A DNA stretch of 62,095 nucleotides, filler included, from Sphacelaria rigidula (GCA_964200075.2; 4 parts of 4 records of this genome joined end to end with filler, not necessarily neighbours in it), one strand, 5' to 3'; counted from the whole stretch's first letter, positions 38,357-51,341 are shown. Numbers and translations: made by a program. Notes: a model not told the origin generated them from the letters alone.

Positions 38357-41300
38357 ATGAGGAAATTCGCTGCCTTTTTGGTTGCCTTGACGGCCTCAGA
38401 AGTCGCTCAATCTTTCGTCTTACCCTCGGTCGTGCCCGTGGCTCACCGTGTGCGATCGTCGCCACGCCGAGCTTCGCTGCGCGATACCCTCGTTGCTTCT
38501 GCAGGTGATGTATGATTGCGTTGAATGCAGTACACCCACGTGTACGTCACACATGTTGTTCTTCATCATGTGTATCCTGAGATCGACTCGCGGGTAGTTC
38601 AGGTATAGTAAGCACACAATCACGCTACCCGGGTCGTGCAGCTCAGCATACGTCCATGCCACGACGCGGATGTTGCAATGAAGTATCTGTTCACACCATT
38701 AGGTGCTGGATATATTCACCACGACTATGGTGCAGGCAGAGCTGCGACAGCGTTGACGTTCTGCTCTGAGGAAGCCCCACACGCTCTTGGCTCGCCCGCG
38801 ATACACTTTGCGTACCAACATTCGTCGCGACAGGTGGGAAGGCCTTGATCGCGCAGAACAAGGGAGGCGGTCACGGAGAGTTGGGCTACCACCTGGCGTT
38901 GAAGCTGATCGAGAAGGGGATTTCGGTCACGCTTTTGCAGGACGGTGCGGGCAAGAACAAGGAGAAGCAGCCCTTCGCCAGGTGAAATAGCGGCTTTGCT
39001 CATGTTATTTTATTATTATTATTATTCTCTCATGTATCCGTGAAAAAACAATCACCTGGTGCACACACTTCGGTCGTTGGTGTAAGTATGCACGTAACCA
39101 TCTACGAGACTGAGTACGTACGATGATGTAAGTTGCGCAATGCTGACCTACAGTCGGGTTGCTCCCTTGACTGTTACAGGTATGTATATTAGTTTGCACA
39201 GTTCGCATGTTCGACTTTGATCGCTGCGGCACATTAGTGAGACCAAATCGTTTAACTTGCACTTTCGTCGACCGCGCGTGACCTAGCGGGCAGTTCGACA
39301 CCTCACGCAGCAGGAACCCCTTCCTAAACTTCGTTCATTGTGTCACTATGATCGATCAATGTCGCAGCACTATGGGGTAACCCCCGGGTGAAACTATTAC
39401 TCGTTAACTCCACTTGAATGAACGGTGGTCTTGTTCTTATCGTTCAGCTATGGGGATCTAGAGAGCAAAGGCGCCACGATAGTGTGGGGCGACTTTTCGG
39501 AAGGAGTGGGCAAGCTCGTGCCAGAAGGCGAAACGTTCGACTATGTCTACGACAACTACGCGAAAGACGTTGAGACCTGCGCTGATCTGTCCCAAAAGGC
39601 GAAAGCATGGTGAGTTCCTCGTCCAATAGCGGCGGACTTTCCTAAAAACACGTGCACCTGAGTAACTTATTTTTTTGAAGAGTCGGCGAAAATAAACGAA
39701 CATCCGTGATTCTCGCCCCGAAACTAGTCTGTATTACATACAGTACTGTGCGATGCTTATTGGAAAATGAGTTCAAGTTCGGGGCGCTCTTTCTTCAGAC
39801 TTGCAGCAGATCGGTGAAATTTCAGTGCAATTTTTGAGTTCCATACACGGCGTGTCCCGCAGTGCTGTAGGCACGTTAGCCGGGAACAGAGCCTTGTAAT
39901 TCGTGTGAGTATCGTGGTGTACGTGCCAATCGCGTGCTGTTGTACCGGCTCTGCTTCAGTGATTTCGTTTGTGTAGAAAATCGAGAGGAAATGGATCATG
40001 ACCAAGGACAATCGACGAGCCAGCCTCTCAAGTTTTATAGACCGTGTGGGCCAGTGATTCACGACACAAGCCAGGTACTGTTCGAAAGCTGTACTGGCAG
40101 GCCTCTTGCTGATCCCGTTGTGACGTGTCCATTCGTAGTTGGTGTTGAGAAAAGAGCAAAAAAACAAGCAAACGATTTTACTGTTCCGAGATGGCGTTTT
40201 GACCTGTTTCGAAGTTTTGGACAGATGCAGATGTGTGCGTTGGAAAGTCCTTGACGAAAACTTTCACTAGAAACCGAATTCCACGTGGGGGGTGCTGCCC
40301 TGTTCAGGAAGAACACTTTCCCATTGAACCAGTGAGTGCTCACTGGTTCAACGGGTGAACTGTTTGCTTCCTGAACAACAGATGATGTGTGGTTCATCCC
40401 GGCATGACACTTCAGTGATCTCCGGGGCTCTGCAATCCTCACTGTTCACATTTCAGATTCCATCAACCATCGATCGTCCGGAGACTCGAACCCCCGACCC
40501 CTTGTTTCACAAGCGGACATTTGACCATTGAACCAGTGAGCTCTCACATGCGGAAGTTAGGTGCTGTTTGGCTACTCCGAGCGACTGCAAGATCGTACGG
40601 GGTGTACGTGATATGGATAGTATGCATCTTGATTGTAAGGAAAATGCTTGGTACCGTAGAGGCAATATTTTTCTGGAATTCGACCGTATTGGGGTGATTG
40701 GTGATTCCGTAGAGATGGTTTGAGTTGGGCTAGAACGCAAGAAGGTTTTACTGTGTAGTCAAGTCAGTGGATCTCAAGCAGAGGTCGGTTTGGGTGCGGG
40801 GCAGGAAGCTCGCACCCATCCTGTATTAGTTTCACCAGAGCAGTACAGTAGCCTATTTGCGGTGGCGAGCACAGCACTTCTCAGGGTTGTCGGGTCAAAT
40901 CTCAGAAAAACTACCTTTAAGGTACCAAGCTTCTTTCCGTGGTCATTAAAACGCATACTATCCGCACCACGTATACCCCGTACGACCTTGCAGTCGCTTG
41001 GAGTAACCAAACAGCAACTAACTTCACGGATCTGTGATTGGCTACAACGTCGAGTCGACATCCCCCTTCAATCTCAATGATATATTGCTCGAGTCCTGAC
41101 ATGGTCTTTTGTCTGAATCAAGTTTGACATGTGAACCGTGAGGCTTGCGAAGGACAGGGAGCCCCAGAGATCCCTGAAGTGTCATGCCGGGATGAACCAC
41201 GCAGTGAATCCCTTGTTTAGGAAGCGAACAGTTTACCCGTTGAACCCGCAAGCGCTCACTGGTTCAACGGGTGAATTGTTCGCTTCCTGAACAGTCCCAC

Positions 41301-44286
41301 TGAAAATAACTACACGGTAGTAGGTATTCCCCGCCACTTTGGCACTTCTTCTGTGGACATGGAAGTGACTTTCGCCACTTCAGCACGTAGTGGGTGTTCC
41401 CTGCCTGGTGTATCCTGCGTCAGATGGATGCGGTTTCAGCCTGGTTGGTACACAGGCAAGAGATAAATGCGTCTGTACGTCGATATCTATGATGAAATTC
41501 CACTGCTTTCACGTGCTTTCAAATGAGGATTAGCTGCGGATTTACCATGCCCGACTTACCCGTTGACCGCTTGTGTTTATTTTATTAATCTGCACGCCCC
41601 GGACAATAGACGGCATCTGCTGCAGTAGATGCCAATATGGTCGCCCGTAGCGGCCATCGATCGGCAAGTTTCTCTTCCTGTTGTCGTCGGCAATGTCTAT
41701 CGGTAGACCAGTTTCCCACACTTTCGTTCGGGCAGCAATCTGTTGTGGCCCCACACCGAAATCTATTGCGGCCGACCAAATGTATCGATGTACAGTTTTC
41801 CAAATCTGTTGATGACGGCAATGGCTATAGATAGACCGCGTGCCAAATTCATTGACGACGACAATGGCTGTAGACAGATTTTACACCAAATACATTGATG
41901 ACGGCAATCGCTAATGGTCGATTGCGTACAAAATCTATGCATGGCGGCAATAAATATCGATAGATACATGCCAGAATCTTCTCTGGTATACAACGGTTAC
42001 CGATAGACATTCTCTGTCGTCTATTGCCACACCAACATCGCAACATACTGCATGTAGAGCATATTATACTCCGTTAAAGCACGGTAGAGAAGTCGCAGAT
42101 GGACATGCTGTGGGTATATAATGCTACCACTTGTGAAAATATGACGTCATGTTTTCACAATTTTAGAACGCTTGTATTTTGTAGGAATCTGCAATATGTG
42201 TGGATAAAAGTTTACAAGTTTCGTTGTTGGTACTTATGGTTGGCCTCCCGATGGACGTGAGCGCTTACAGCACTTTTGTGTGTGGGTGAGATATGCTTAT
42301 ACCCTGGACAAAAGACTATGTAATAAAATATTGCCGCTGGAATAGCCCCGAAAGTTTGACTGTCATTGTTCATTGTCAGTCGTAATCGACTGATATCAAT
42401 GTCTATCGATAGCTATTGTAGGCGGCAATAGATCAATGTAACAAGTTGTCTATCGATGCATTTTATTTGTTGCAATAGGATCTAAATTGTGCCCACCAAT
42501 GTCTATTGAGGGTTACAATATCATCTGAGTTGCGGCCATCAACGTATATCGCTGGTCACGATGCAATCTGAATCACGGCCACCAATATCTGTTGAAGACC
42601 ACAAAAGTAGCTGAATGGCGTCGGTCACTAGCTGTGTATGCACATTTTTCGGTGGATGTTTCCACCTGATTCCACAAAACTATGACCAGCTATCGCCTCA
42701 GGTATTTGCGTGTTCATGTGTGAGAGATATTGCCGTTGATGTCATCAGACCACTTCAGGGAGCAATATATTTATCAAGACTTATCGTTGACGTCACTGGC
42801 TATCGATAGGTGTTCCCGTGAACAATCGATTGTGGACGGCAATGACCATAATGATAAATACCCAAAAACGCATTGTTGGCGGCAAAGTCTACCGATAGAC
42901 GGCTCATCACATCTATTGATGACGGTAATTGGTATTGATGGATGGTTCACGTAATATATTGATGACGGTAATGACTATCGATTGATGGCTCACCAAATAT
43001 ATTGATAACGGCAATGGCTATCGATTGATGGATCACGAACCCTGTTGTTCACGGCAGTGGCTATCGATATATACATCCCAGAATTTATTGTGGTATACGA
43101 TTTCCATCGATGGCGAGTGATCTCTAGCTATTGTAATGCCATAGGCTAGTGATCGACTATTGCAACATCTTTTGTCCCTTGCAATACCTATCATTGGATG
43201 TGTTTCACCATCTGCCGTGTTCGACAATATATATATCGATACGTTTTCTACCGTATCTATAGCTGAAGCAATGGGCTATTATTTGTGTCCACTCTCCAGA
43301 GTGTTGATTTGAACCCGACTGATTTGTTTTCACACACTAACTGATCCCCGAGGGACCCAGCCGTGGTAACAATATTATTGTCCTGAGTTGTCACCCGCCG
43401 GCGGTCCCTCGAGATTATCCTTGTACATGATGATGGACGCTGGATGAACGTGAGCAGTGGACATGTAGCAGCCCTCTTCCACGGCCTAAAAAGAAGCGGG
43501 GCGTCCTATTCTTTACATCAATCATGAAGTTGCGCAACGGTACGACTTGCGAATTATCCGTGCATGCATAGCTATTCAGACTGCTTGCGCTGTCAGCGGT
43601 CATGAGTATCCTCCACTGGTTACAGTCAATGTGTCTGATCGTGCGTCAGGCACAAAGAAGTGCGATACAGAGCATCTGCATGAAACGGTCATTTCGGGTT
43701 CAAACTCCTCTGCATGTAGGCATTGTCTCCCTGCCAAAAGCTATTCAGACCCCCACCCCCGCACCCGAAAGTCCGTTCAACTGACGTCCCACAAGCGACC
43801 TTGGCTGCTAACGTACCAGATCGTCTTGCTAGATTCATGATATTGCACTTTGCAGCCCGTCATGCGATTCATCCCCCCGCTCAATTTTCTGCACGTATAC
43901 GTTCGCTGTGTTGCGTAGCAAAAATTATATATATCTAGTGTTCTCACCCAAGAGTTCTGCGTACCGTTACGTCGTCGTTCGTCAGGGGCGTAAAGAACTA
44001 CGCGTACGTCTCGTCTGGTGGTATGTACAAGGACAGCGATGAGGTGAGCTTGCGATAGTTATGATACTCGAGAATGGATTGTGTTCGTTTGTTCGGCATG
44101 TGTCTGCCCCCGCTGCGCCCTGGTTCATAATGTTGCCACATACCGCCACCCTTAGTCAGGACGTAGCTCGTCATTACTTTTCACTGAACAGGTGCCGTTC
44201 ACGGAGAGCAGTGACGTTAAGGAAAGCGGCCAACGCCAGGTTGAGAAGCATATTGCGGAGCTGGGGCTGCCTTGGACGTCCTTCCG
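38357..44286 (+). CDS. CSP41a: Plastid stem-loop RNA-binding protein CSP41a-like (atypical SDR/NAD-epimerase fold), 3' end missing
   Basis: Exons 38357-38504, 38834-38981, 39448-39609, 43986-44043, 44192-44286, all phase-compatible. N-terminus MRKFAAFLVALTASEVAQS-FVLP is an ASAFAP-type bipartite signal. Motifs ALIAQNKGGGHGELGYHLA, FDYVYDN, YAYVSSGGMY, LPWTSFR. The expected next exon (PQY...) was not found before the contig end. Confidence 0.85.
40301..40541 (-). mobile_element. tRNA-headed short element with terminal palindrome (copy 1)
   Basis: Head GCTCACTGGTTCAATGGTCAAATGTCCGCTTGTGAAACAAGGGGTCGGGGGTTCGAGTCTCC; palindrome at 40301-40377. Confidence 0.65.
40550..41028. mobile_element. ~480-bp MITE-like element with ~140-bp imperfect TIRs
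   Basis: GAAGTTAGGTGCTGTTTGGCTACTCCGAGCGACTGCAAGATCGTACGGGGT mirrors ACCCCGTACGACCTTGCAGTCGCTTGGAGTAACCAAACAGCAACTAACTTC. Confidence 0.8.
41125..41293 (+). mobile_element. tRNA-headed palindrome element (copy 2, head missing)
   Basis: Body GAAGTGTCATGCCGGGATGAACCAC and palindrome at 41214-41293 centred on AGCGCT. Confidence 0.65.
41620..43080. repeat. Degenerate ~43-bp tandem repeat blocks in CSP41a intron 3
   Basis: Recurrent ATTGATGACGGCAATGGCTATCGAT core at about 41790-41970 and 42820-43070, with weaker copies between. Confidence 0.75.
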
Positions 44287-46507
44287 GTGTGTGTATTTGC
44301 CGTACAACTCTCGAATCACCTCACTATTTTTATGCTTGAAGGCGATATGTTGCCGTATATATTGGAAACCGTTGCCTGAATAGTGCGCCATGCCTGACCT
44401 TCTCGAGCGCGAGACCGTGCATGAAGACTACAAAAAAGTGTTCCGCAGGACATATCAGAAGCGTTTTCGCCGCAACGCCTGCGGCAAAATGTCGGGGAGA
44501 ATTGTGGGTTAGTTTGGAAGAGAGCAGAGGAGTGTCCTGGTGCCATTTCGTATCGGTCGCTACGTTGTCCTCCGTGTGTGGTCTTGTCTGGAGTGGGATA
44601 TACATGGTGGATCATGTGCGTGTGCCTCTGATGGTTACGACAGCCGGGTTGCGAGCAACGGCTCTGACCCTCCATGTAGAGCTACCACGCCTCGAGTAGT
44701 TGGGTGGATTTCGTCATTTAGTCAAGTCTCCTGTGCTGCTGACTGAACCTCCTCAGTGTTACATGACAAATGGCCGCAAGGAGTACTACTGTGCTTGCAC
44801 TGCACAGTACTTACCACCAGCCTACACCATACGCGACTGCTGCATAGTCTTTTGTCAGCACTTTTTTACCAACTTGAATGGCAGTCACCAATCTCGATGT
44901 GTACGAAGATCGGGGGACCTGGATTCGGGAAACGCAGTTTATTGACCCAAATCGAGATGCCACTTATTGAGACCAATGGATTCAAGGGAAGTTGGGATCC
45001 CCCCGATTCTGAGAAAGGTGACGTACGTACATTGATGTGTGATGACAGGTTAAGAGGCGTTTGATATTTTTCCAGTTGCAGTAGCAGACAGTCTCGTGAC
45101 AGCGCAGGGCGTGCCTGACCGCACCAGCTGCTGGAGCAGCTTCGCACGGGGTTTGACGAGCGGATGACAAGTGTTGACACCGTACCTGCGGCGACGGTGA
45201 TATTTTATGCTGCACGGCGCCGCCGTATCTATCACCATAACGAACCGACTGTGCCATCATGTACTGTAATGATGGAGTGTCCTACACTGTGCTACCCTGG
45301 GGTACCACGGTACGACGTTGTACTCGAAGAATCATACACCGCCTGCCTGCTCTTCGGCTTCGCGAGTATGCGCTACCACACTCATGCAGAACATGACTGC
45401 CCGTGTGCAGAACTATTTCACAAATCCGTGGGACTATAAAACGGTCACCACGGGTCTGACGTTCGCACAAATGAGTCCCCCATGATTTTGCACAGATTGG
45501 GGTCTCCACAGAATCCAGATTTGTTCCCATAAAAGTTGGTCTTGAGTATCATACGCACAAGGATGTGCCCTCACGTACAATGCCCGCAGCTGTCGGCATC
45601 ACAGCTGGGGCAAATGTAATGTAAACGTACGTGAACATGTTTGATTGATTATCCCAGCAGCAGAAGAGCTTTCCTCCCTGTCTGCAAATGTAAGATCGGT
45701 GAGGGTATTCGTAATTATGTTCGGGTACTACTACATTATATCCTCCGAAGTAAGCCATTTAGCCATTGCAGGAGGTCGGACGAGGTCGATGTACGATCGG
45801 ATGTCGAATTGGACGACAAAAAAAAGCGCTCAACAAAGCAGGGGACGGCTTCAGGTTAAAATTAGGGGGTAACGCTAACCCTATCCCTAACCTTCTTGCT
45901 GCCAGCGAGGAGCGACGTATCACCGCAGCTCTTTCCAAATCGTTGATTCTTGCGTTTTGACACCTGGGAGGCACTCCCAGCAGTGGACATGCCTCACCCG
46001 AAGATGGAAAGGCTTTTCACCGGAGGTTCAAAGTTGGGTGGTGCTGTCGAGCGACTTTTGCTGGGGTGGGATGAGCTTTTTCGGTAGGTTTTGAAAAAGA
46101 GACCGGTTCTGTGCGTTCCCCGTCAGCGCGGCGGAACCGAGAGAAAAAGCGGTTCGGGAAAAGAGCAGGGTTGCACATCAGATATCAATAATCGATACGA
46201 TTTTGATAACTATTGGCGATATGCCATATCGGTATCGGAGGGTAAAAAAACGATATATGTGATACGTATTAAAATTGAATACCAGTATCGAATATCGATA
46301 CGCTCGATATTTTGGTATATTTTTCGTCACATTAACTCAATTTCTCGAAACCGTCGTCACAGTAAATGCAGGGAGGGGGTGGGGGGGGGCGTACTTATTT
46401 GTTGCTTGCCTTAGTCGTTTGATCATTGACCACGCATCCCGTTCGAGACGGAGCACGCAGGGGGGTGGAATTTCAGACCCCCAGTTCAAATGCAATCCTG
46501 TCCCCCG

Positions 46508-46551
<44 letters not shown>

Positions 46552-46651
46552 NNNNNNNNNNNNNNNNNNNNNNNNNNNNNNNNNNNNNNNNNNNNTTAAT
46601 TAATTAANNNNNNNNNNNNNNNNNNNNNNNNNNNNNNNNNNNNNNNNNNNN
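46552..46651. other. Artificial contig linker
   Basis: Same 100-nt linker. Confidence 0.97.
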
Positions 46652-46872
46652 CACCGGTCGCCCAGAATGAGGTTTTCGGGAAATTGGGGGGGTGAACACC
46701 GTTTTCCAGTCTGTAGGGCCCCTTGCCCACACCACAATGTCCAGTGTGTAATATCGTCAATGGATATTGAGAGCAAACTAAATATAGTGGGAAAATACGG
46801 GTTTCCGCCAGCATCCTGTAAGACTGACCCACATAGCACATAACCAGCTCCACACGGGGACAAAAAGCGAAA

Positions 46873-49800
46873 ATGTCGGTTATCGAGGTGGCGAGCGAGG
46901 TCGACTTTGGCAAGGTCACAGAGAAGGGAGGTCTTCTGCGCGCCTGTGTTTTCTTCTGGGCGGCATGGCATGAGCCGAGTAAGCCTGGCGGACAGATGGA
47001 CCAGGTATCGATCCGTTTTAGATATTTGATCTTTTGAACTCTCTGCAGCTGGCATGTTCGATGGCACCGTTTTGCGGCGCGGTACATTGCCAGGTACTAT
47101 ACAAGAGTTCACTGGGCTGTACTCTTCGTGCTGCACTGTGCTGCAGTACAGCAGTGTTGGTGTAGTTTCTAGATCAATGTATTATGCTGGTAATGCCTTC
47201 TTTGATGACGCGATGAAGCGGTCAGGGATCGCACTGCGACCGATCAATCAAGCTCACAACAACCGTCTGTACTTTTGACATAGGCTGTACTACTCCCACA
47301 CTGTCTCGTGGTGACGGTGCTATCGCTGTCGGTGAAGCATGCTTGAGACAAAGGGCGGTTGCGTGCTATGGGAACACTACATAGCAGGGAACCGCAATCG
47401 TCCTGGACGTGTTGCACAACCAGGAAGTGCCAGTCAGTGCTGTATAGTGCAGTTCAGACATCAGTCTAACTCCTGTGCCCATTTGTTTTCCTGACACGAT
47501 GTATACCACCCCCTCCAACACGATCCTTTGTTGAAAGGAAACGCACAAAATAATCCATATGGATTGTGGTATGTAGCGATGCTCACGACGCAGTGTGCAT
47601 GATCTGCAGAAATACCTTCATTGCTGAACGAGAAGACAGCGACAGACTTGTACCAGCGTTCACTAATCTGTAAGTACGTTGGATAACACCCGCCACGCGT
47701 TTGAAAATTTCCAGGGAGGGATACGTGACACACGTGACATATTTGAAAAACACGGGGAAAACGTAACTTTGGGCCATTTAACGCTGCGTAAGGTTTAATT
47801 TTTTGACGGGACAAATGCAACGTAACGTGATGTAATATATGGACCTTGAAGCAGTGTCTCTTGCTGTTTTCTAGATGTAAAAAAAGGCTGTTTTTGTGAT
47901 TTTTTTACGTGACGCGTGACACGTTAGATATTCACGAAAACAAGCAGAGTTTTCGTCNNNNNNNNNNAAGGACCACACGTTACATGACGTTACGTTACAC
48001 ATGTTCCATCCAAAAAATCAAATCTCACGTAACGTTAAATGACGCAAAGTTACGTGTTTTCGAATCTGTCACGTTAAAACGTCACGTGTCACGTATCTCT
48101 CCCTGAAAATTTCAACCTTCAAACGCCCGGGCTCCTAGTTCGACGTGAAACGAACGGGCGTATCGGTGCGAGTTGGTGTGGTGTGTTGTGGGGGAGGTTC
48201 GGGGTAGCTGCTTTAGTGTGGAGAGGTGCTGCTTGCATGGAAAAGGCAACAGCCATCTGTGTGATTTGTTTCGGGGTTGTTCGTGCATAAACCTTGGCCA
48301 GAAGTGTTTTGTCTCAGTATAGCACATCAGCCCTTTAGCGCCAGCAGTACGTCTGGCCGTGCATGTGCGAAGACTTCAGCACAAACGGCAGCAGAATGAT
48401 GGATGCGCACATGTATCATCCTCCCTTGATGGTGGCAAAATGCTGCTGTACGTCTACCGTTGAAATATGTTTTTTGCAACCCCCCTTCCAAGCACCCCAT
48501 TTGGCGTCTGTCTTCGCCTACACGAATCATTTTCCAAACACTCGCGGGAACGTGACGGGACAAATGAAGTGCAGGACTCCTCACAATCGCTGGTTACTGT
48601 TGCTTCCTAACCGTTTCAAATAACGGTGGCTATTCGATACCAAGGAGGAAAATCTCGATTTGCTCCAAGTACTGCATGTAACTGTTTTTTTTTCAAAGAC
48701 TTTCATCGGGACCGGTTACTCGTACCATTAACCTTCGTTCCTTCCTTTCTCTGTTTTTTCTTTTTTCTGTTTCAATTGTCTCTTGTTCATGTTCGATTTG
48801 CTCTGGTGCATTTTCTTTTTTGTTTATTTGCTCCTCTCGATATTTCCCTAGTGAGCTTTCCCATTTTGTTCACGTCGGACACGTATATCTTGTGGATAAT
48901 GACCACGGCTGGAACCCTCGTGGATCAGTGAACGTGCGACAAATCAACCAATCAATCAAACGGCCGATCAAGTAATCAATCAACCGTAGCCGTTTCTAAA
49001 AAAACGCGTGCAGTAGCCTAGTGGCAGCTTTTCCTTGCGGTATACCAAGACAAGGGAAGTAAGAGCGCCTGCATACCCGCCTACAGTAACTAGGCAAGCA
49101 GGATACACAAATAGCTGTACCGGTTAGGCATCACTTTGATATCGTTTATTTCTCCACCGGGCGCCAAGAGAGTGGACTTTATCTTATTTCATTGTCGCAA
49201 TTTAACTGACCCCCCAGGAATCCAGCCGTGGTCACATGATGGTGGACTCAGACGTGAAAAATAAAATGAATAAAAAGTCAAGAAAAGCAAATTACAGAAA
49301 TAAATGGCCGTTCTAAAACAAGAAAAGAAGAGAAAATAACAAAACAAGAAAAAAGAGAAAGGAAAAGGCCCAAGGGATTCAGGGCAGCAGAGTAGATACA
49401 GACACATACCAGTGGGCACCGCAAAGCCACCGGCTAAGGAGATGATCAACAACCGATAGACGATGATGTTTGTGTGAAGAACGGCTTGCAGCGGCAAGCT
49501 TTTGGAACTCGTACTTGTGGTGTTGCCCTGCTCGACAAAAATATGCCCCGTCGCATGGCCCGGTGCTCTGACAACGACGATGTGAGAATGATGGTGGTAC
49601 TGGTGGCGGTAGTAATCATGATAATAATAATAATAATAATACTGATGATTGTGATCAATACAATAGTAACAGTAATGATGATTGTGATGAGTATGATGGA
49701 AAATATAATAATGCTACTAATGATGACACTACTAATGCTAAAGATTATATAATATGAAGACGTCAACGAATGAGGCTGTGCGCTACCCCTTTGCGTTTGC

Positions 49801-49913
49801 CGATCGTGCTGATACACCATATAACTTTTTCTTTTTTTTTGCTATGCTTTCCCGTCTCTCAGGTATTTGCGCAGTTGGCCGAAGTCCACCGGGGTCTGGT
49901 TACCTTCATCAAG
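46873..49913 (+). CDS. Glutaredoxin-3/PICOT-like protein, N-terminal thioredoxin-like domain, first two exons
   Basis: Exon 46873-47004 MSVIEVASEVDFGKVTEKGGLLRACVFFWAAWHEPSKPGGQMDQ and exon 49863-49913 VFAQLAEVHRGLVTFIK, joined by a phase-0 GT-AG intron. Matches the FWAxW...QMxQVFxxLA...FxKV pattern of the Grx3 Trx domain. Both exons are too short for the ORF track. Confidence 0.75.
47700..48114. mobile_element. ~415-bp MITE-like element with ~150-bp imperfect TIRs
   Basis: AAATTTCCAGGGAGGGATACGTGACACACGTGAC mirrors GTCACGTGTCACGTATCTCTCCCTGAAAATTT; contains a 10-N gap at 47958-47967. Confidence 0.75.
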
Positions 49914-50454
49914 GTGAGGCTTCGCGGTTATCGACTAGGACTGAACAGGTTATACCCAACGAAGGACTACGATTATCCCAGCAGAGTAGTTCAGAACTCA
50001 ATTTTGTAACGCTGACCATGTCCCGACACTGGGTGTGGTCAGGGTTCAAGGCCTCTATGCAGCGTCACCTGCTCGTGTGGTAATCCATCTCCGTACCTTC
50101 ATCAAGTAACCATTGCTGTGTTCACAAAACTTTCATGGGAGTGATGCTACGGTAGGGTTGCACTCTTTCAGCGAAAGTGTTTCTCGGGGTGTTGCAGGGA
50201 TCATTTCGAGAATCGGCATCATTTTCACTTGGAAAAGACTGATGATGATGCCGACACACGAAAAGACCCCTGTGTGCATTTCCATGTCCTGTCCCCGGAG
50301 ATTTGGGGTAGCACAGTAAGCCCCATATATTTGGGCTCCTACAAAAACGAGGCCCAGAGACAAAAAGTGCAACCCCTATCGTAGCACTGCTCATGGCGGC
50401 ACAACAAGTTATGTAGTGGGGAGCGTTAGTATGGGAGGAATGTGCGCAATGTCT

Positions 50455-50572
50455 AGGAACGGCCATACCACGTCGACAGTACCACATCCCGCCCTTCCGT
50501 GAAGTCAAGCGGCGTTGGGCCAGGCTAGTACTCCGGTGGGGCACAACGTGGGACGCCCTGGTGCTGTCCCCT
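50455..50572 (+). rRNA. 5S rRNA copy A (full length, diverged, followed by T6)
   Basis: AGGAACGGCCATACCACG...GCCCTGGTGCTGTCCCCT; internal box A/box C-like motifs; several substitutions relative to the other copies. Confidence 0.75.
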
Positions 50573-50716
50573 TTTTTATTGCTCTACGAGTTGTTTCTAA
50601 GGTCGTGTTCTGTAGGGTACGGTTTTCTGTATATACCCGGGGTATTATCCCGGGTATTACCGTACCCGACACTCTCGTACCGGTACCCGACAGTTCTGTA
50701 AAGTCTGTAAGACCTT

Positions 50717-50921
50717 CAAGGGTAGGTCGAGTAGAGTATACTCAACTGCGGGGTATTTTGAAATTCGTACTTGGAGTACAAAAATTAGATGTAGGGTTTC
50801 AGGAATCGCTCCCCAGCTATTTTTTGGGTACGACTCCCAACACTTTACCCTAACTTGAGTACCCCAAGTACGTCTTCCAAAATACCCCGCATTTGAGTAT
50901 ACTCTACTCGACCTACCCTTG
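50717..50921. mobile_element. 205-bp hAT-type MITE with perfect 8-bp target duplication
   Basis: TIRs CAAGGGTAGGTCGAGTAGAGTATACTCAA and TTGAGTATACTCTACTCGACCTACCCTTG; AAGACCTT at 50709-50716 and 50922-50929. Confidence 0.9.
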
Positions 50922-51341
50922 AAGACCTTCATACTGCCCAAGAGTGGAGAGCGGCTAGGCCGTGTGTGTTGTAAGCAGAAAAGTCTATTCCAGTGGTTGG
51001 GCGATGTACACCGAAGCAACCAAGTGTGGATTCATTGGCGAGGACTGTGGCGCGGGCAATCGTGTTTGGTATCGGGCGCAGTGTATCTCGTGACCAAGGT
51101 GTGGACGGTTTCGAACGGGGGGTGGGGGGTTGTTGTTGTTGTTGTTGTTATTGTTGTTGTTCACGGTTGTTTCGTGATTTTTGCCGCATGTTTCTAGTGG
51201 TGGTTTGCATAAGCCCGCAGGACCGGCGGGGTATATGAGGAGCGAGAACGGGAGACAGTGGTTGTCGCCTCTTTTAGTTTGCTGTCGATACTTATATCTA
51301 TAATGCCCGCGTATGGTGAGAAATATGTGTGACACCTCATC

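Noticed and set aside
41620-43080. Second CRISPR-like periodic repeat
   Set aside because: Degenerate tandem repeat without constant repeats or unique spacers.
46502-46551. Long poly-C as a G-quadruplex or regulatory element
   Set aside because: It sits at a contig end, where homopolymer length is unreliable.
49446-49820. Ile-rich hydrophobic ORF as a membrane protein
   Set aside because: It is the translation of an AAT/GAT-type simple repeat.
7447-49913. A functional gene cluster across the whole window
   Set aside because: The genes are on separate size-sorted contigs; only the ANTH-like and CSP41a genes are truly adjacent.
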